Source of the DNA: a virus
Taxonomy: Duplodnaviria > Heunggongvirae > Uroviricota > Caudoviricetes
DNA: 64,000 nt
Direction: 5' to 3' (one strand)
IMG/VR virus record: IMGVR_UViG_3300044796_000394
Shown: positions 19,954-28,970 of the stretch, one piece after another
How positions within the stretch are numbered: the first letter of the stretch is position 1
How the letters are laid out: the number at the start of each line of letters is the position of its first letter
Made by a program: the position numbers and the translations under genes
The notes under the pieces: generated by a model
Databases searched by the model: none
Told to the model about the DNA's origin: nothing
Seen by the model: the letters and a program-made list of their open reading frames with translations, nothing else

Positions 19954-21456
19954 TTAAATCTCCGACGGCGCATCCATCACGGAAGTTTTACCGCTGCCCG
20001 TCATCGGGAACGGAATGACTTCTTTCATAGAAGTTTCGCCGCATACCAACATCGCCAACCTGTCTATTCCCAAAGCGATACCACCGTGCGGAGGCGTTCC
20101 CAAATCGAACGCTTCCAACATATGCCCAACACTCGCATTGATTTGAGCGTCGGAATATCCCATCACACGATAAGTAGCAGTTAACAATTCCCTACTGTGA
20201 GAACGAATGCTACCGCTACCGATTTCCATACCGTTACAAACCAAGTCGTACTGGTATGCTTGGATTTCGGCAATGTTTTCGCCTTTTTTGTGCCATTCGA
20301 CATGTTCATCGATTGGCCGACTGAACGGGTTGTGCATGAACGTCCAGCCAGACTTACTATCTAGCTTGTCAATTTCTTCTTTGGCTTGCTTGAACATCGG
20401 GAAGTTAACAATCCAACAGAAAGCCAAATCCCCGTTCGCCTTTTCCTTCTCGGTACGAATATCGGGTTTATCCGTGCCGTACTTGTCCATCGCCTCTTTA
20501 TAGGTGATGATGGGGAAAAGTTGCGATTTGAAATTGGCCTGTTCCCGTGGCTTGCCGAACCTTTCGCCGAAGTCCCTTTCCATACTCATCGTGTACGGCC
20601 ATTTTCGTCCACCCAAGGCTTCACGGGGCAACAAACACCGTTCTTCACGACACCCTGCCATACTGTTGAACAAAGCACCTTCAACGACATCAAAAATCTC
20701 TTCCTGTTTAACGAAAGACATTTCCAAGTCTAATTGAGTGAACTCAAACCCACGGTCAGCACGTAACGCCTCATCACGGAAACATCGGGCAATTTGGTAA
20801 TAGCCCTTGAACCCCGCTGTCATCAACAATTGTTTGTACTGTTGTGGACTTTGCGGCAGAGCGTAAAACTTGCCCGGTTGTAGGCGTGAAGGTACAACAA
20901 AGTCACGAGCGCCTTCTTTGGTGGACTGCGTGAGGATTGGAGTCTCAATTTCCGTTAAGTCGCAAGACTCCAACGAAGCCCGCAAATCACGAATGATCTT
21001 GGCACGTGTTTTAATGTTGGCTTGCATCCGTGGGCGGCGCAAGTCCAAGTACCTATAACGCAAACGAACATCTTCCGCAATGTCACGACCATCGCCATCA
21101 ATAGGCAACGGCAAATCCTTACACTTGTTAAGAATTGTCAATTTCTCAACGAACAACTCAACGGTACCAGTGGGAAGATTGGGGTTAACCATCTTCTCTG
21201 GACGTTTGACGACCTTGCCGACAAGCGATACAACGTCTTCACGGTTCAATTCCTCAAAGCCTTTACCGAGAAAGGCTTGAAGAATGTTTCCTTCATTGTC
21301 ACGAATGTCAATGAAAGTAAACTTGCCGTGACTACGTTTGGCATTTACCCACCCCTTAACTTCCCATAAGTTCCCACATTCCCACAAAGCGGGATAGGGG
21401 TTCGTGAGTTTAGAGATGGCTAGTGGAAGTATCATATTAATCTGCGTTGAGGGCAT
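19954..21456 (-). CDS. aspS: Aspartyl-tRNA synthetase, bacterial type without GAD insertion domain
   Basis: OB-fold (FIDIRD), RYRYLDLRR, EGARDF, LPQSPQQYKQ, CFRDE..R.DR..EFTQLD, PPHGGIALGIDRL. Confidence 0.97.
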   Translation of the reverse strand: MPSTQINMILPLAISKLTNPYPALWECGNLWEVKGWVNAKRSHGKFTFIDIRDNEGNILQAFLGKGFEELNREDVVSLVGKVVKRPEKMVNPNLPTGTVELFVEKLTILNKCKDLPLPIDGDGRDIAEDVRLRYRYLDLRRPRMQANIKTRAKIIRDLRASLESCDLTEIETPILTQSTKEGARDFVVPSRLQPGKFYALPQSPQQYKQLLMTAGFKGYYQIARCFRDEALRADRGFEFTQLDLEMSFVKQEEIFDVVEGALFNSMAGCREERCLLPREALGGRKWPYTMSMERDFGERFGKPREQANFKSQLFPIITYKEAMDKYGTDKPDIRTEKEKANGDLAFCWIVNFPMFKQAKEEIDKLDSKSGWTFMHNPFSRPIDEHVEWHKKGENIAEIQAYQYDLVCNGMEIGSGSIRSHSRELLTATYRVMGYSDAQINASVGHMLEAFDLGTPPHGGIALGIDRLAMLVCGETSMKEVIPFPMTGSGKTSVMDAPSEI

Positions 21457-21671
21457 CTAAACATTCCATGTGACTGTTAAATTTTTTCTTGTCGTGCTTT
21501 TTTGCCTTAGCAAGCAAAGCGGTTGCTTCAGTATCTGCTGAACCCCACGGAGTTTGTGCGGTAAATACGTTATTCATATCAATCATACCCAAAACTTGGG
21601 CATTTTTACCAGCATGAACCTGCATATAAGCAGTTGCATCATAACCTTGCCATCGACCGAAAGTGAAATCG

Positions 21672-21899
21672 TTAGCCATGTGATTTACGTGCCTCCTCTT
21701 CGCTAGGGAACAAGCGACATTTCCAATCACTTAATTCCACGGGATCAAAAGTGTTACATGGGAAGTCGTTGTAATACCGCATTACAGCATCCCGAAAATC
21801 CATTCCAAAGGCTTCGCCGACGAGTTGCGCTTTAACAGTGTCGCCACCATACTGAAAGCCTTCCATCCAGATTTGGTAATTCTTGACTGTGTTTGCCAT
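21672..21899 (-). CDS. Small hypothetical phage protein
   Basis: YQIWMEGF...WKCRLFPSEEEARKSHG. Confidence 0.55.
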   Translation of the reverse strand: MANTVKNYQIWMEGFQYGGDTVKAQLVGEAFGMDFRDAVMRYYNDFPCNTFDPVELSDWKCRLFPSEEEARKSHG

Positions 21900-21942
21900 A
21901 TCTCACCAAATCAGTAAATAAACGTGAGAGAGCATCATACTC

Positions 21943-22518
21943 TTATTTGATGTTAGTGTCTAGCTTAACCGTAGACTGCATAAGCGATTTGACATTATCT
22001 TTACAGAACCCGAAACCCTGACGTTCAATGAATTCGTAAATGACACCAGTTAACAAACTCGGCTTAGTAAAGATTTGAGTCAAACCCTCACACGTAAAAG
22101 CCTTGTCACTGGTGAACTCGGCAAAACCTTTTTCCAGCCATTCCTTTTTCTTATCTTCAACATTCGGCACTTCATAAGCCAAATGGTGAATGCCGCCGAT
22201 ATTACCACGGGCCTTGACCCAATTACCAACAATACTACCTTCCGTACCTTCACTCACGAAGATTTCAGGTGCCATATGGTAAGTCAAACCTGTTGGGCCA
22301 TTCGCATCCCAAACCATACTAAACGGGGGATCGTAATCCTTGTACTTGATTTCGTTTTTCTCTGGTGGTTCCAAGGCGATACACCTAGCTACATCTGTTT
22401 TTTCATCATTGAAAAAGATGTCAAATTCAGACTGAAAGGTGTATCCGAACGCATCCATGAAAAACTTAACCGTCTTATCCCTATTGGCGGTACGATATGC
22501 AATGTGGTCTAGTCTCAT
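21943..22518 (-). CDS. VOC-fold metalloenzyme resembling the HPPD C-terminal domain
   Basis: LDHIAY, GIHHLAY, LTQIFTKP, YEFIER, GFCKDNVKSLMQS (His/His/Glu metal triad). Confidence 0.75.
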   Translation of the reverse strand: MRLDHIAYRTANRDKTVKFFMDAFGYTFQSEFDIFFNDEKTDVARCIALEPPEKNEIKYKDYDPPFSMVWDANGPTGLTYHMAPEIFVSEGTEGSIVGNWVKARGNIGGIHHLAYEVPNVEDKKKEWLEKGFAEFTSDKAFTCEGLTQIFTKPSLLTGVIYEFIERQGFGFCKDNVKSLMQSTVKLDTNIK

Positions 22519-22668
22519 GTTATATTTTTCCTACTACACTAATAATCAAGCTGACAAACGAATAGCCCAAAGTAAACGAGGCTATCGTTGTCGTCAAAAC
22601 ATCTTTACTTTTCATCAAAATGGCAATTGATCCACAAAACAAAAATGCCCAAAAAGCTAAAAGGAACA

Positions 22669-22989
22669 TTAACGTCTCCAATTTTGTGATACAGCGGGTT
22701 CCCCAACATAAGAATTAAACCATTCAATATCGTTAGGTTTGAAATATGTTCCATCCGTAGCATAAATCCTTAATTCACTGAACATTTGGGTGACGATTTT
22801 TTCACCCTGATTCACCGGCTCATTAGATTGGGAATCTGCCTGAACGATAACAGGCGGTGGCATTTCTTGAATAACTATATTAGGCGGTTGATGGACAACC
22901 GCAACACTTATATTTCCTCTGACGGCATGGCAAAGACCGATACCGCCAATGAGGCCGACCAACAAAATCAACACATATCTCATAGGCAA
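22669..22989 (-). CDS. Hypothetical membrane-anchored protein
   Basis: N-terminal hydrophobic helix. Confidence 0.5.
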   Translation of the reverse strand: MPMRYVLILLVGLIGGIGLCHAVRGNISVAVVHQPPNIVIQEMPPPVIVQADSQSNEPVNQGEKIVTQMFSELRIYATDGTYFKPNDIEWFNSYVGEPAVSQNWRR

Positions 22990-22996
22990 ACCCTGA

Positions 22997-24274
22997 TTAT
23001 GTCAACTTGAATCCAGGCGCAAAGCATCGCAAAATTTGAATAATTGAATCGGCAGATGCAGTGTCCAAAGTAACACCTTTATTCTTGTTGTAGAATTCCA
23101 TTAATCCACTCACAACCTTGTTCAACTTGAAGTTCGTTACGTTATGATCGATCTCTTTTTCCAGTTCTGGGATATTAACAGGCGGCGGTAATTTCAAATC
23201 ACTTTCCGCTTTACCCAACCAAACTTTCATGCGATTCAAAAATCGTTTCAATCCAACGATCTTGTCATCAGACCAATCCCCGCCATCAAAATAGTGTCCC
23301 AAAAACATTAAGTACATCCGGAGTTCATCCGAGTCGTAATTTTCAGGATTGACGGCATTACCTTTGGACTTGCCCATCTTGGCACCGTTACAAGTAATCA
23401 TCCCCTGATGGATTACCTTGCGGAACGGTTCCTCTTCCGGTACAATGCCCAAATCGTATAAAAACATATGAATGAAGCGAGCATAGATCAAATGCATACA
23501 AGCATGTTCAGCCCCGCCAACATACAAATCCACTGGACGATACGAACCCTTCGGCAAGAATTCATCCTTGCTATCAGTCAAGTACCGCAAGAAGTAAAAA
23601 GAACTATCAACGAAAGTATCTAACGTATCAGTTTCACCCTCTATCGGAATAGGACAACCCCACTTCCTTTGGCGAGATACGCACCAATCCCTCAAATTAG
23701 CTAACCAAGCACGCTGCTGCTTAATAGTACCCTCTGGATAATCAATCTTATCCAAATTGGCAATCAAACGATCCTTATAATCAGTAATCTTGAAGTACCA
23801 TTGGTTCATGGTATTTTCAGAAACCTTGCTATCACAGCGGTCGCACTTTTCATCCTTAACTTGTTCGTTGGCCAATACGGTTTCACAAGAGGGGCACCAA
23901 TTGACAACACCGTTAGCCTTATATGCCAAACCCTTCTCGTACAACTTCATGAACAGCCACTTAGTCCACTTCTCATAATTTGCGTTACAAGTGATGAACT
24001 TTTCTTCGTACTGAGTATTCATTCGCTCCATCTGATGACGGAAGCGTTCAATATTCAAGAAAGTTACGTCGGCAGGATCACCGCCGATTTGCCGTGCGTA
24101 GTTTTCAGCAGGCAAACCGTAGGCGTCATAACCGAAAGGTTGGTTAACTTCAATACCTTTGTACCTTAACCAACGACAATAACTATCTACGAGAGCGTAG
24201 TTGTAGTAATGCCCTAAGTGCAAACCGGCACCACTAGGATAGGGGAACATAACAACAACATTTTGATTATTCAT
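22997..24274 (-). CDS. leuS: Minimal leucyl-tRNA synthetase (no CP1 editing, Leu-specific or C-terminal domain)
   Basis: MFPYPSGAGLHLGH, GYDAYGLPAEN, WCPSCETVLANEQV, LRDWCVSRQRKWGCPIP, DTLDTFVDSS, GGAEHACMHLIYARF, KMGKSKGN; only 425 aa. Confidence 0.95.
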   Translation of the reverse strand: MNNQNVVVMFPYPSGAGLHLGHYYNYALVDSYCRWLRYKGIEVNQPFGYDAYGLPAENYARQIGGDPADVTFLNIERFRHQMERMNTQYEEKFITCNANYEKWTKWLFMKLYEKGLAYKANGVVNWCPSCETVLANEQVKDEKCDRCDSKVSENTMNQWYFKITDYKDRLIANLDKIDYPEGTIKQQRAWLANLRDWCVSRQRKWGCPIPIEGETDTLDTFVDSSFYFLRYLTDSKDEFLPKGSYRPVDLYVGGAEHACMHLIYARFIHMFLYDLGIVPEEEPFRKVIHQGMITCNGAKMGKSKGNAVNPENYDSDELRMYLMFLGHYFDGGDWSDDKIVGLKRFLNRMKVWLGKAESDLKLPPPVNIPELEKEIDHNVTNFKLNKVVSGLMEFYNKNKGVTLDTASADSIIQILRCFAPGFKLT

Positions 24275-24288
24275 TTTACTTTCAAAGG

Positions 24289-25029
24289 TTAAAGATCATT
24301 TGGAATTTGGGAAACTCTTGTCGTTCCTAAACGGGTACTCAATGGTACGCCTTCACGCCGACCCAAAAGAACATCCATTGGAAGACTATAGTGAGGCGAG
24401 CCTGTTTCGGCAGCAGGTTGCTCACCACTGATAACGGCACCACCGGACATATAGCTTGTACCACGTACACTGGTTGGTCTATTATTTCTATGCAGTTGTC
24501 TACTTACACTCAAAGCTGGTGGAAGTCCATCGCCTCTTGAACTATTAGGATCGTGCGATGGAGCAGGAATTGTTGGAATAGAAACCGAGTTCTGCCGTTG
24601 GCCACTCAAGTACCCAGAATGATTAGCAGCAGGTGAGTCATCTTCTTCTACATCACAATGAACTTCATCAGCCTCTAATGCTCGCAACTCACGCAGGAAT
24701 TCACCATCTAATTCCTGTTGTAATTCGTGCCGCAATGGTACATTCCGCCTACTTAATGTTTTATTTGCTCGTCCGGGGCGAGCACTTTTCTTTGCTGAAG
24801 ACTCAGGAGTATCTAACAACTCCATAATATCTTGAACGTACTGGTCAGCACTTTCAGATGTTTCCTCTTGTGCTATCTTGATACTCATCCCACCGGCATA
24901 TACTACCACATCCCAAGTCTCATTGCTATCCTTTTTGACGACATATTTAGAAACGCCCACGATCAGCGACGGGTTAAGATAAATAACATCGTGGTTATTC
25001 GGATTGATTTGAAGAAAGGCTGACATCAT
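24289..25029 (-). CDS. Hypothetical protein with disordered C-terminal half
   Basis: Likely start MMSAFLQINP at 25029. Confidence 0.5.
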   Translation of the reverse strand: MMSAFLQINPNNHDVIYLNPSLIVGVSKYVVKKDSNETWDVVVYAGGMSIKIAQEETSESADQYVQDIMELLDTPESSAKKSARPGRANKTLSRRNVPLRHELQQELDGEFLRELRALEADEVHCDVEEDDSPAANHSGYLSGQRQNSVSIPTIPAPSHDPNSSRGDGLPPALSVSRQLHRNNRPTSVRGTSYMSGGAVISGEQPAAETGSPHYSLPMDVLLGRREGVPLSTRLGTTRVSQIPNDL

Positions 25030-25828
25030 TTTCTCTTGGCTTAAAGTAACATAACCATTCGGCATTCGGTTTGGATCTATTTCCAGAAATTCCACCTTTG
25101 AGTCTACCAGCCGACAATTCATAGCACTCAGTACCAGCTAAACACTTACCCTCGGAAACATAACATGGAACACGCAACGAATTGGCGAATTTTAACAAAT
25201 TAAGTTTGTGACCGTAAAAAGTCGTGTTTTGATAAGGCGGATCAATGTAAATCGTACCTTCGCTCGGTGAAATGTCCCATACGTCACCATGATACCCCGT
25301 AATATCCCTCATCTTGTCACAAACAAGGGCTACCCGCTCGTACAACGTGCTAGGCATCGGCATCATTGGATTAACAGGCGATCTGCGATTAGAAGTGGCA
25401 GTTGGTTCCCAATAATTGCGGAAACTACAATTCTTCCATTTGTTATCTTCAATCCAAATCGCTTTACTACCGAAACTGGACGCCTGTAGTATAAGGAAAA
25501 TATAAATAGTATCAATATCAGCCGGTAGTTTAGATAATTCTTTGACGTGCGCTTGAATTTGACTCTTTTCAGGTATCGCTGAACAATACGACTTGAACTT
25601 ATCCAAATCGAATTCGTTCATTCCAACCTTTTCCCAGAACAAACCCCACGGCCCCTGATCTACCATTAATATATCACGTGGATTGTAACCACGATTGACA
25701 AGCTCAATAGACATAGCACCACTACCACAACATAAGTCGTAAAAAGACCCTGCTGGTTTGATGATGTCTAGGATTTTAGAAGCGAGACGTTGTTTACCGC
25801 CCTGATAGGACGTTACGGGTGTTAACAT
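24995..25828 (-). CDS. D12-class DNA N6-adenine methyltransferase
   Basis: YQGGKQRLA, DLCCGSGAMS, IYIDPPY. Confidence 0.9.
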   Translation of the reverse strand: MLTPVTSYQGGKQRLASKILDIIKPAGSFYDLCCGSGAMSIELVNRGYNPRDILMVDQGPWGLFWEKVGMNEFDLDKFKSYCSAIPEKSQIQAHVKELSKLPADIDTIYIFLILQASSFGSKAIWIEDNKWKNCSFRNYWEPTATSNRRSPVNPMMPMPSTLYERVALVCDKMRDITGYHGDVWDISPSEGTIYIDPPYQNTTFYGHKLNLLKFANSLRVPCYVSEGKCLAGTECYELSAGRLKGGISGNRSKPNAEWLCYFKPRENDVSLSSNQSE

Positions 25829-26179
25829 TCAATATATACAAACACCATTATTTTCCGGAAGTTCTCGTTCTGCTTTACACCAAAATTCTAAATCTAATCC
25901 GCTTGGACAACCCGCATCCGTCCATAGTTTGGAAGCTAATTTTCGAATCAGCCGATGCCTTGGGCCGGGCAAACGAGTATCTTGTTCAGGATTATACCTA
26001 GCACATACAACATCATCTTGATCTATAACCCTCATATCCCAAATACAACGAGCCATATTAACATTACGATTGAATGATTTCATCGCCTGTTCTAATTCAT
26101 CAAACTCTTGGTGACCAGCACGATCCGAAGAAATGGTTTTCCACTCTTGACCATGATTACTTTGAACTAGATACTTCAT
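25829..26179 (-). CDS. Protein with C-terminal DUF2934-like domain
   Basis: IRKLASKLWTDAGCPSGLDLEFWCKAEREL. Confidence 0.7.
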   Translation of the reverse strand: MKYLVQSNHGQEWKTISSDRAGHQEFDELEQAMKSFNRNVNMARCIWDMRVIDQDDVVCARYNPEQDTRLPGPRHRLIRKLASKLWTDAGCPSGLDLEFWCKAERELPENNGVCIY

Positions 26180-26369
26180 ACGTTTACTTCTTTAAAGTTG
26201 CCCACCAACACATTAGATTAGCAATCATCAAACCAAAGATGGCACCAAGAATATACAAACCAACATCATCTAGTTTCAGAATGCAAGCACCTACTGCTAC
26301 TACACAACTACACAACTACACAACTGATTAACGCAATTGCCGAACCAACCCACATTGATAATGGAGGCG

Positions 26370-26660
26370 TCATACATTTTTCCTTTTAGGTTTTTTGCGT
26401 ACAAGATCGTGAGTAATACCAACCCACTTACAATCACTACATTGAACCCTATTCTCATCCTTGAACGATTCAGCTTCAAGGACGTTAATTATGTAACCCA
26501 TGTAGGTGCTTGAATGTCTGTCGCAACCACACTCAGGACAATAAATGTGCTCCGTGTCATAATAAGCCTTACGATACTTCGCAGCCTTTTTTTGCTGACT
26601 CATATACGCTTCTGGATCGATGCCAGAATCACTCAACATCTTCAAAAAGTTTTCGTCCAT
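26370..26660 (-). CDS. Zinc-ribbon protein
   Basis: CPECG...CSDCKW. Confidence 0.6.
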   Translation of the reverse strand: MDENFLKMLSDSGIDPEAYMSQQKKAAKYRKAYYDTEHIYCPECGCDRHSSTYMGYIINVLEAESFKDENRVQCSDCKWVGITHDLVRKKPKRKNV

Positions 26661-26868
26661 TTCTTTCCTGCCTTCTGTACGGCTTCACTACCTGCCATCG
26701 TTTTTTTGTTTCTTTTTCGGTGATATGACCAATATGCCAAGCACAGCATCTTTCGCAAAAATATGAATGGAGATTATCATCACCTAACGAACGCTTCATA
26801 AAAGCCAATGAACTCTTGACACGATTTTTAGAATAGTTAACTTTTTCGCACATCTTGACCTTTGTCAA
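26629..26868 (-). CDS. Small Cys/His zinc-finger phage protein
   Basis: CEKVNY...YFCERCCAWHIGH. Confidence 0.6.
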   Translation of the reverse strand: MTKVKMCEKVNYSKNRVKSSLAFMKRSLGDDNLHSYFCERCCAWHIGHITEKETKKRWQVVKPYRRQERNGRKLFEDVE

Positions 26869-27349
26869 ACTTGTCTAAAATTGCGTCCATATTCGCATTA
26901 ACAAAATCCTTCACCAGCTTACAATGTTCTTCAAGAGGACTCCATACTTGATAATAAGTTCTATTGAAAATCACAAAACGAGTTGTCAGATATGTAAACC
27001 CGTCAATCGAATCAAAGTCTAATTTCCTACAATTCGGGCCACGACATACAACATCTAACACTAAACGACGATCATAAAAATTAGCAAAAAGTATATCATC
27101 AAGAGTTAATGGTTTGAATTCAATGTAAGGATCTAACTCATACACTCTCTGTATCAGTCGCTCCCTCAGCATCATCTCGTCTGTTATCTTCTGAATTCCG
27201 GGTAGACTCGTTCGTTTGGATGTCAGATACTCTAATCTCTTCTTCGATTCCTCGTACTGTTCCTTTGTTATCCGTATCTTTTCGTTTTTTATTGTCACAT
27301 CCGTTATAGACAGTTGAACTATCTTGTTTAAATTCATACTCTGCCTCAT
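26837..27349 (-). CDS. Hypothetical protein (start uncertain)
   Basis: 170-aa ORF overlapping the upstream ORF. Confidence 0.5.
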   Translation of the reverse strand: MRQSMNLNKIVQLSITDVTIKNEKIRITKEQYEESKKRLEYLTSKRTSLPGIQKITDEMMLRERLIQRVYELDPYIEFKPLTLDDILFANFYDRRLVLDVVCRGPNCRKLDFDSIDGFTYLTTRFVIFNRTYYQVWSPLEEHCKLVKDFVNANMDAILDKFDKGQDVRKS

Positions 27350-27464
27350 GTGCCTGTTCGGGATTAGCGTCTAATTCTCTTTGTAAATGACGCCGACGAT
27401 GACGGTTGCCAGTCTTTTTGACAACTCGCTTCAATTCACGTAATTTCTTTTTATCTCTTTGCAT
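27138..27464 (-). CDS. Basic/acidic hypothetical protein
   Basis: MQRDKKKLRELKRVVKKTGNRHRRRHL...; AAGGA SD. Confidence 0.55.
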   Translation of the reverse strand: MQRDKKKLRELKRVVKKTGNRHRRRHLQRELDANPEQAHEAEYEFKQDSSTVYNGCDNKKRKDTDNKGTVRGIEEEIRVSDIQTNESTRNSEDNRRDDAEGATDTESV

Positions 27465-27581
27465 GTTAATCCTTAACATTTAATATCAAATCTATAAATT
27501 CTGCCATGAAATCAGCCCTTTTATCAAGAGGCATCAATCCAGACTATTAATCCGAAAAAGAACCACCAAATACTTATCATT

Positions 27582-27926
27582 TTAGTCCTCAGATACTTTG
27601 CGACTTGAATCTTGCGTTTGTCCTGAAGAGCTAGAATGGAAGGAAGGAAGCGAGCCAGTGAAGCTTCCAAAACTTCGCTCTTCGGTAATACTTGGAGCAT
27701 CCATCAATCCACAATCTTCAGCCAATCGGGCACAAAGAGCAGCGACTTGGGACAATTCTTTGAGCAACTCCTGCTTATCGGGAACCTTCTTAAAGATTTC
27801 CAACTTTACTTCCCAAAACTCTTCTTCTAACAAACCAAGGGCTTCATGCGTACTGCGAATCCGACCGTGGATGTCCCTGGCATTAGTTGCCTCAATATAA
27901 GCCATCTTAAAAAAATTATCAATCAT
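27582..27926 (-). CDS. MazG-like all-alpha NTP pyrophosphatase
   Basis: HEALGLLEEEFWEV...ELLKELSQVAA. Confidence 0.6.
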   Translation of the reverse strand: MIDNFFKMAYIEATNARDIHGRIRSTHEALGLLEEEFWEVKLEIFKKVPDKQELLKELSQVAALCARLAEDCGLMDAPSITEERSFGSFTGSLPSFHSSSSGQTQDSSRKVSED

Positions 27927-27936
27927 AGTTTATCCG

Positions 27937-28236
27937 TTAAGTGTTCCTGCGAATTCGCCCATACGTTCTACTTGTGTAGGAAGTGTAGGAAGTGGTATAG
28001 GGAGTGTTGGTGAAATAGCTAGTTCCCCAATTGAAGTGTGTGGGGCTTGGTTTCCGCTTCCAAGTGACTTCGATAATCTCACTACAGTCGGGGGATATTT
28101 TTTGTGCGTACTTTTCTCTGCTGGCTTGTTCCCAAAACTCTTGGTCTTTACCGTGAGGTTTTCCAGCATCAAGCCATTTGTAATAAGCCCTATTGCTTAT
28201 CTCTTTGATTTCTTCTTCTGTCCAGTCGTAAGACAT
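27937..28236 (-). CDS. Protein with N-terminal DUF2934-like domain
   Basis: ISNRAYYKWLDAGKPHGKDQEFWEQA; start MSYDW at 28236. Confidence 0.7.
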   Translation of the reverse strand: MSYDWTEEEIKEISNRAYYKWLDAGKPHGKDQEFWEQASREKYAQKISPDCSEIIEVTWKRKPSPTHFNWGTSYFTNTPYTTSYTSYTSRTYGRIRRNT

Positions 28237-28781
28237 GTTCCAAATTCTTTCACAATATCGCAAATGCCAAACTTTTTGGCTTCGTTAGCAGTCAAAAATA
28301 CATCCGATGGCGGCATCAAGTGTTTTTTGACATTTGCCTCTGTTAACCTAGTATGCTTGACGAAATGATGGATCATCTGTTTCGTTACTATCTCATCCTG
28401 TTTCTGTTGCGCAATCAACTCATGTTCTTTGCCCCAACGTCCACCCGTCCATTGATGTGACATAATAAGCGTATTCGGCGTCAAAACCCTATGACCCCTG
28501 TCACCAGCAATGAAAATATTCAATGCCATACTCGCTATTACACCCAATCCAACGGTGTGAACAGGAATTCCACTGCCTTCCATTACATCAATAAGAGCAA
28601 ATCCAGAAGTGACAAAACCGCCACCTGAATTGATAATTAACGTCAAATGGTCATGAACACCATTCAAATTAGCTTCTAAAATAAATCGGATCGCATCTGA
28701 ACAATTCCCATCATCAATTTCATCAGATAATTGGTAAATCCCGAAATCTTCCAAATTGCGACTAAGTTTTTCTTCTTGCAT
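28197..28781 (-). CDS. clpP: ClpP-family serine protease
   Basis: INSGGG, GVIASMA (Ser), MSHQ (His), DVFLTANEAKKFGICD. Confidence 0.9.
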   Translation of the reverse strand: MQEEKLSRNLEDFGIYQLSDEIDDGNCSDAIRFILEANLNGVHDHLTLIINSGGGFVTSGFALIDVMEGSGIPVHTVGLGVIASMALNIFIAGDRGHRVLTPNTLIMSHQWTGGRWGKEHELIAQQKQDEIVTKQMIHHFVKHTRLTEANVKKHLMPPSDVFLTANEAKKFGICDIVKEFGTCLTTGQKKKSKR

Positions 28782-28970
28782 ACGTACCCCCTCACCTATA
28801 TAAAGGAGGGTTTACTTTTTCTCTAAACGATCCATCAAGGCTTTGATCTGTTCTTCCAATTTGGCAACCTTTTCTTTAAGAAACTTGACTTCGTTCTCCA
28901 AAATAATATTTGAAGTGACAAATCTATTATTTCCCCAACCCTGATCCGGTGTCATTGGCATAAATTATTC

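Noticed and set aside
21437-21730. 97-aa ORF as given in the track
   Set aside because: Its 5' part overlaps the upstream gene; probably a shorter gene from MANDFTFG with no assignable function, so not listed
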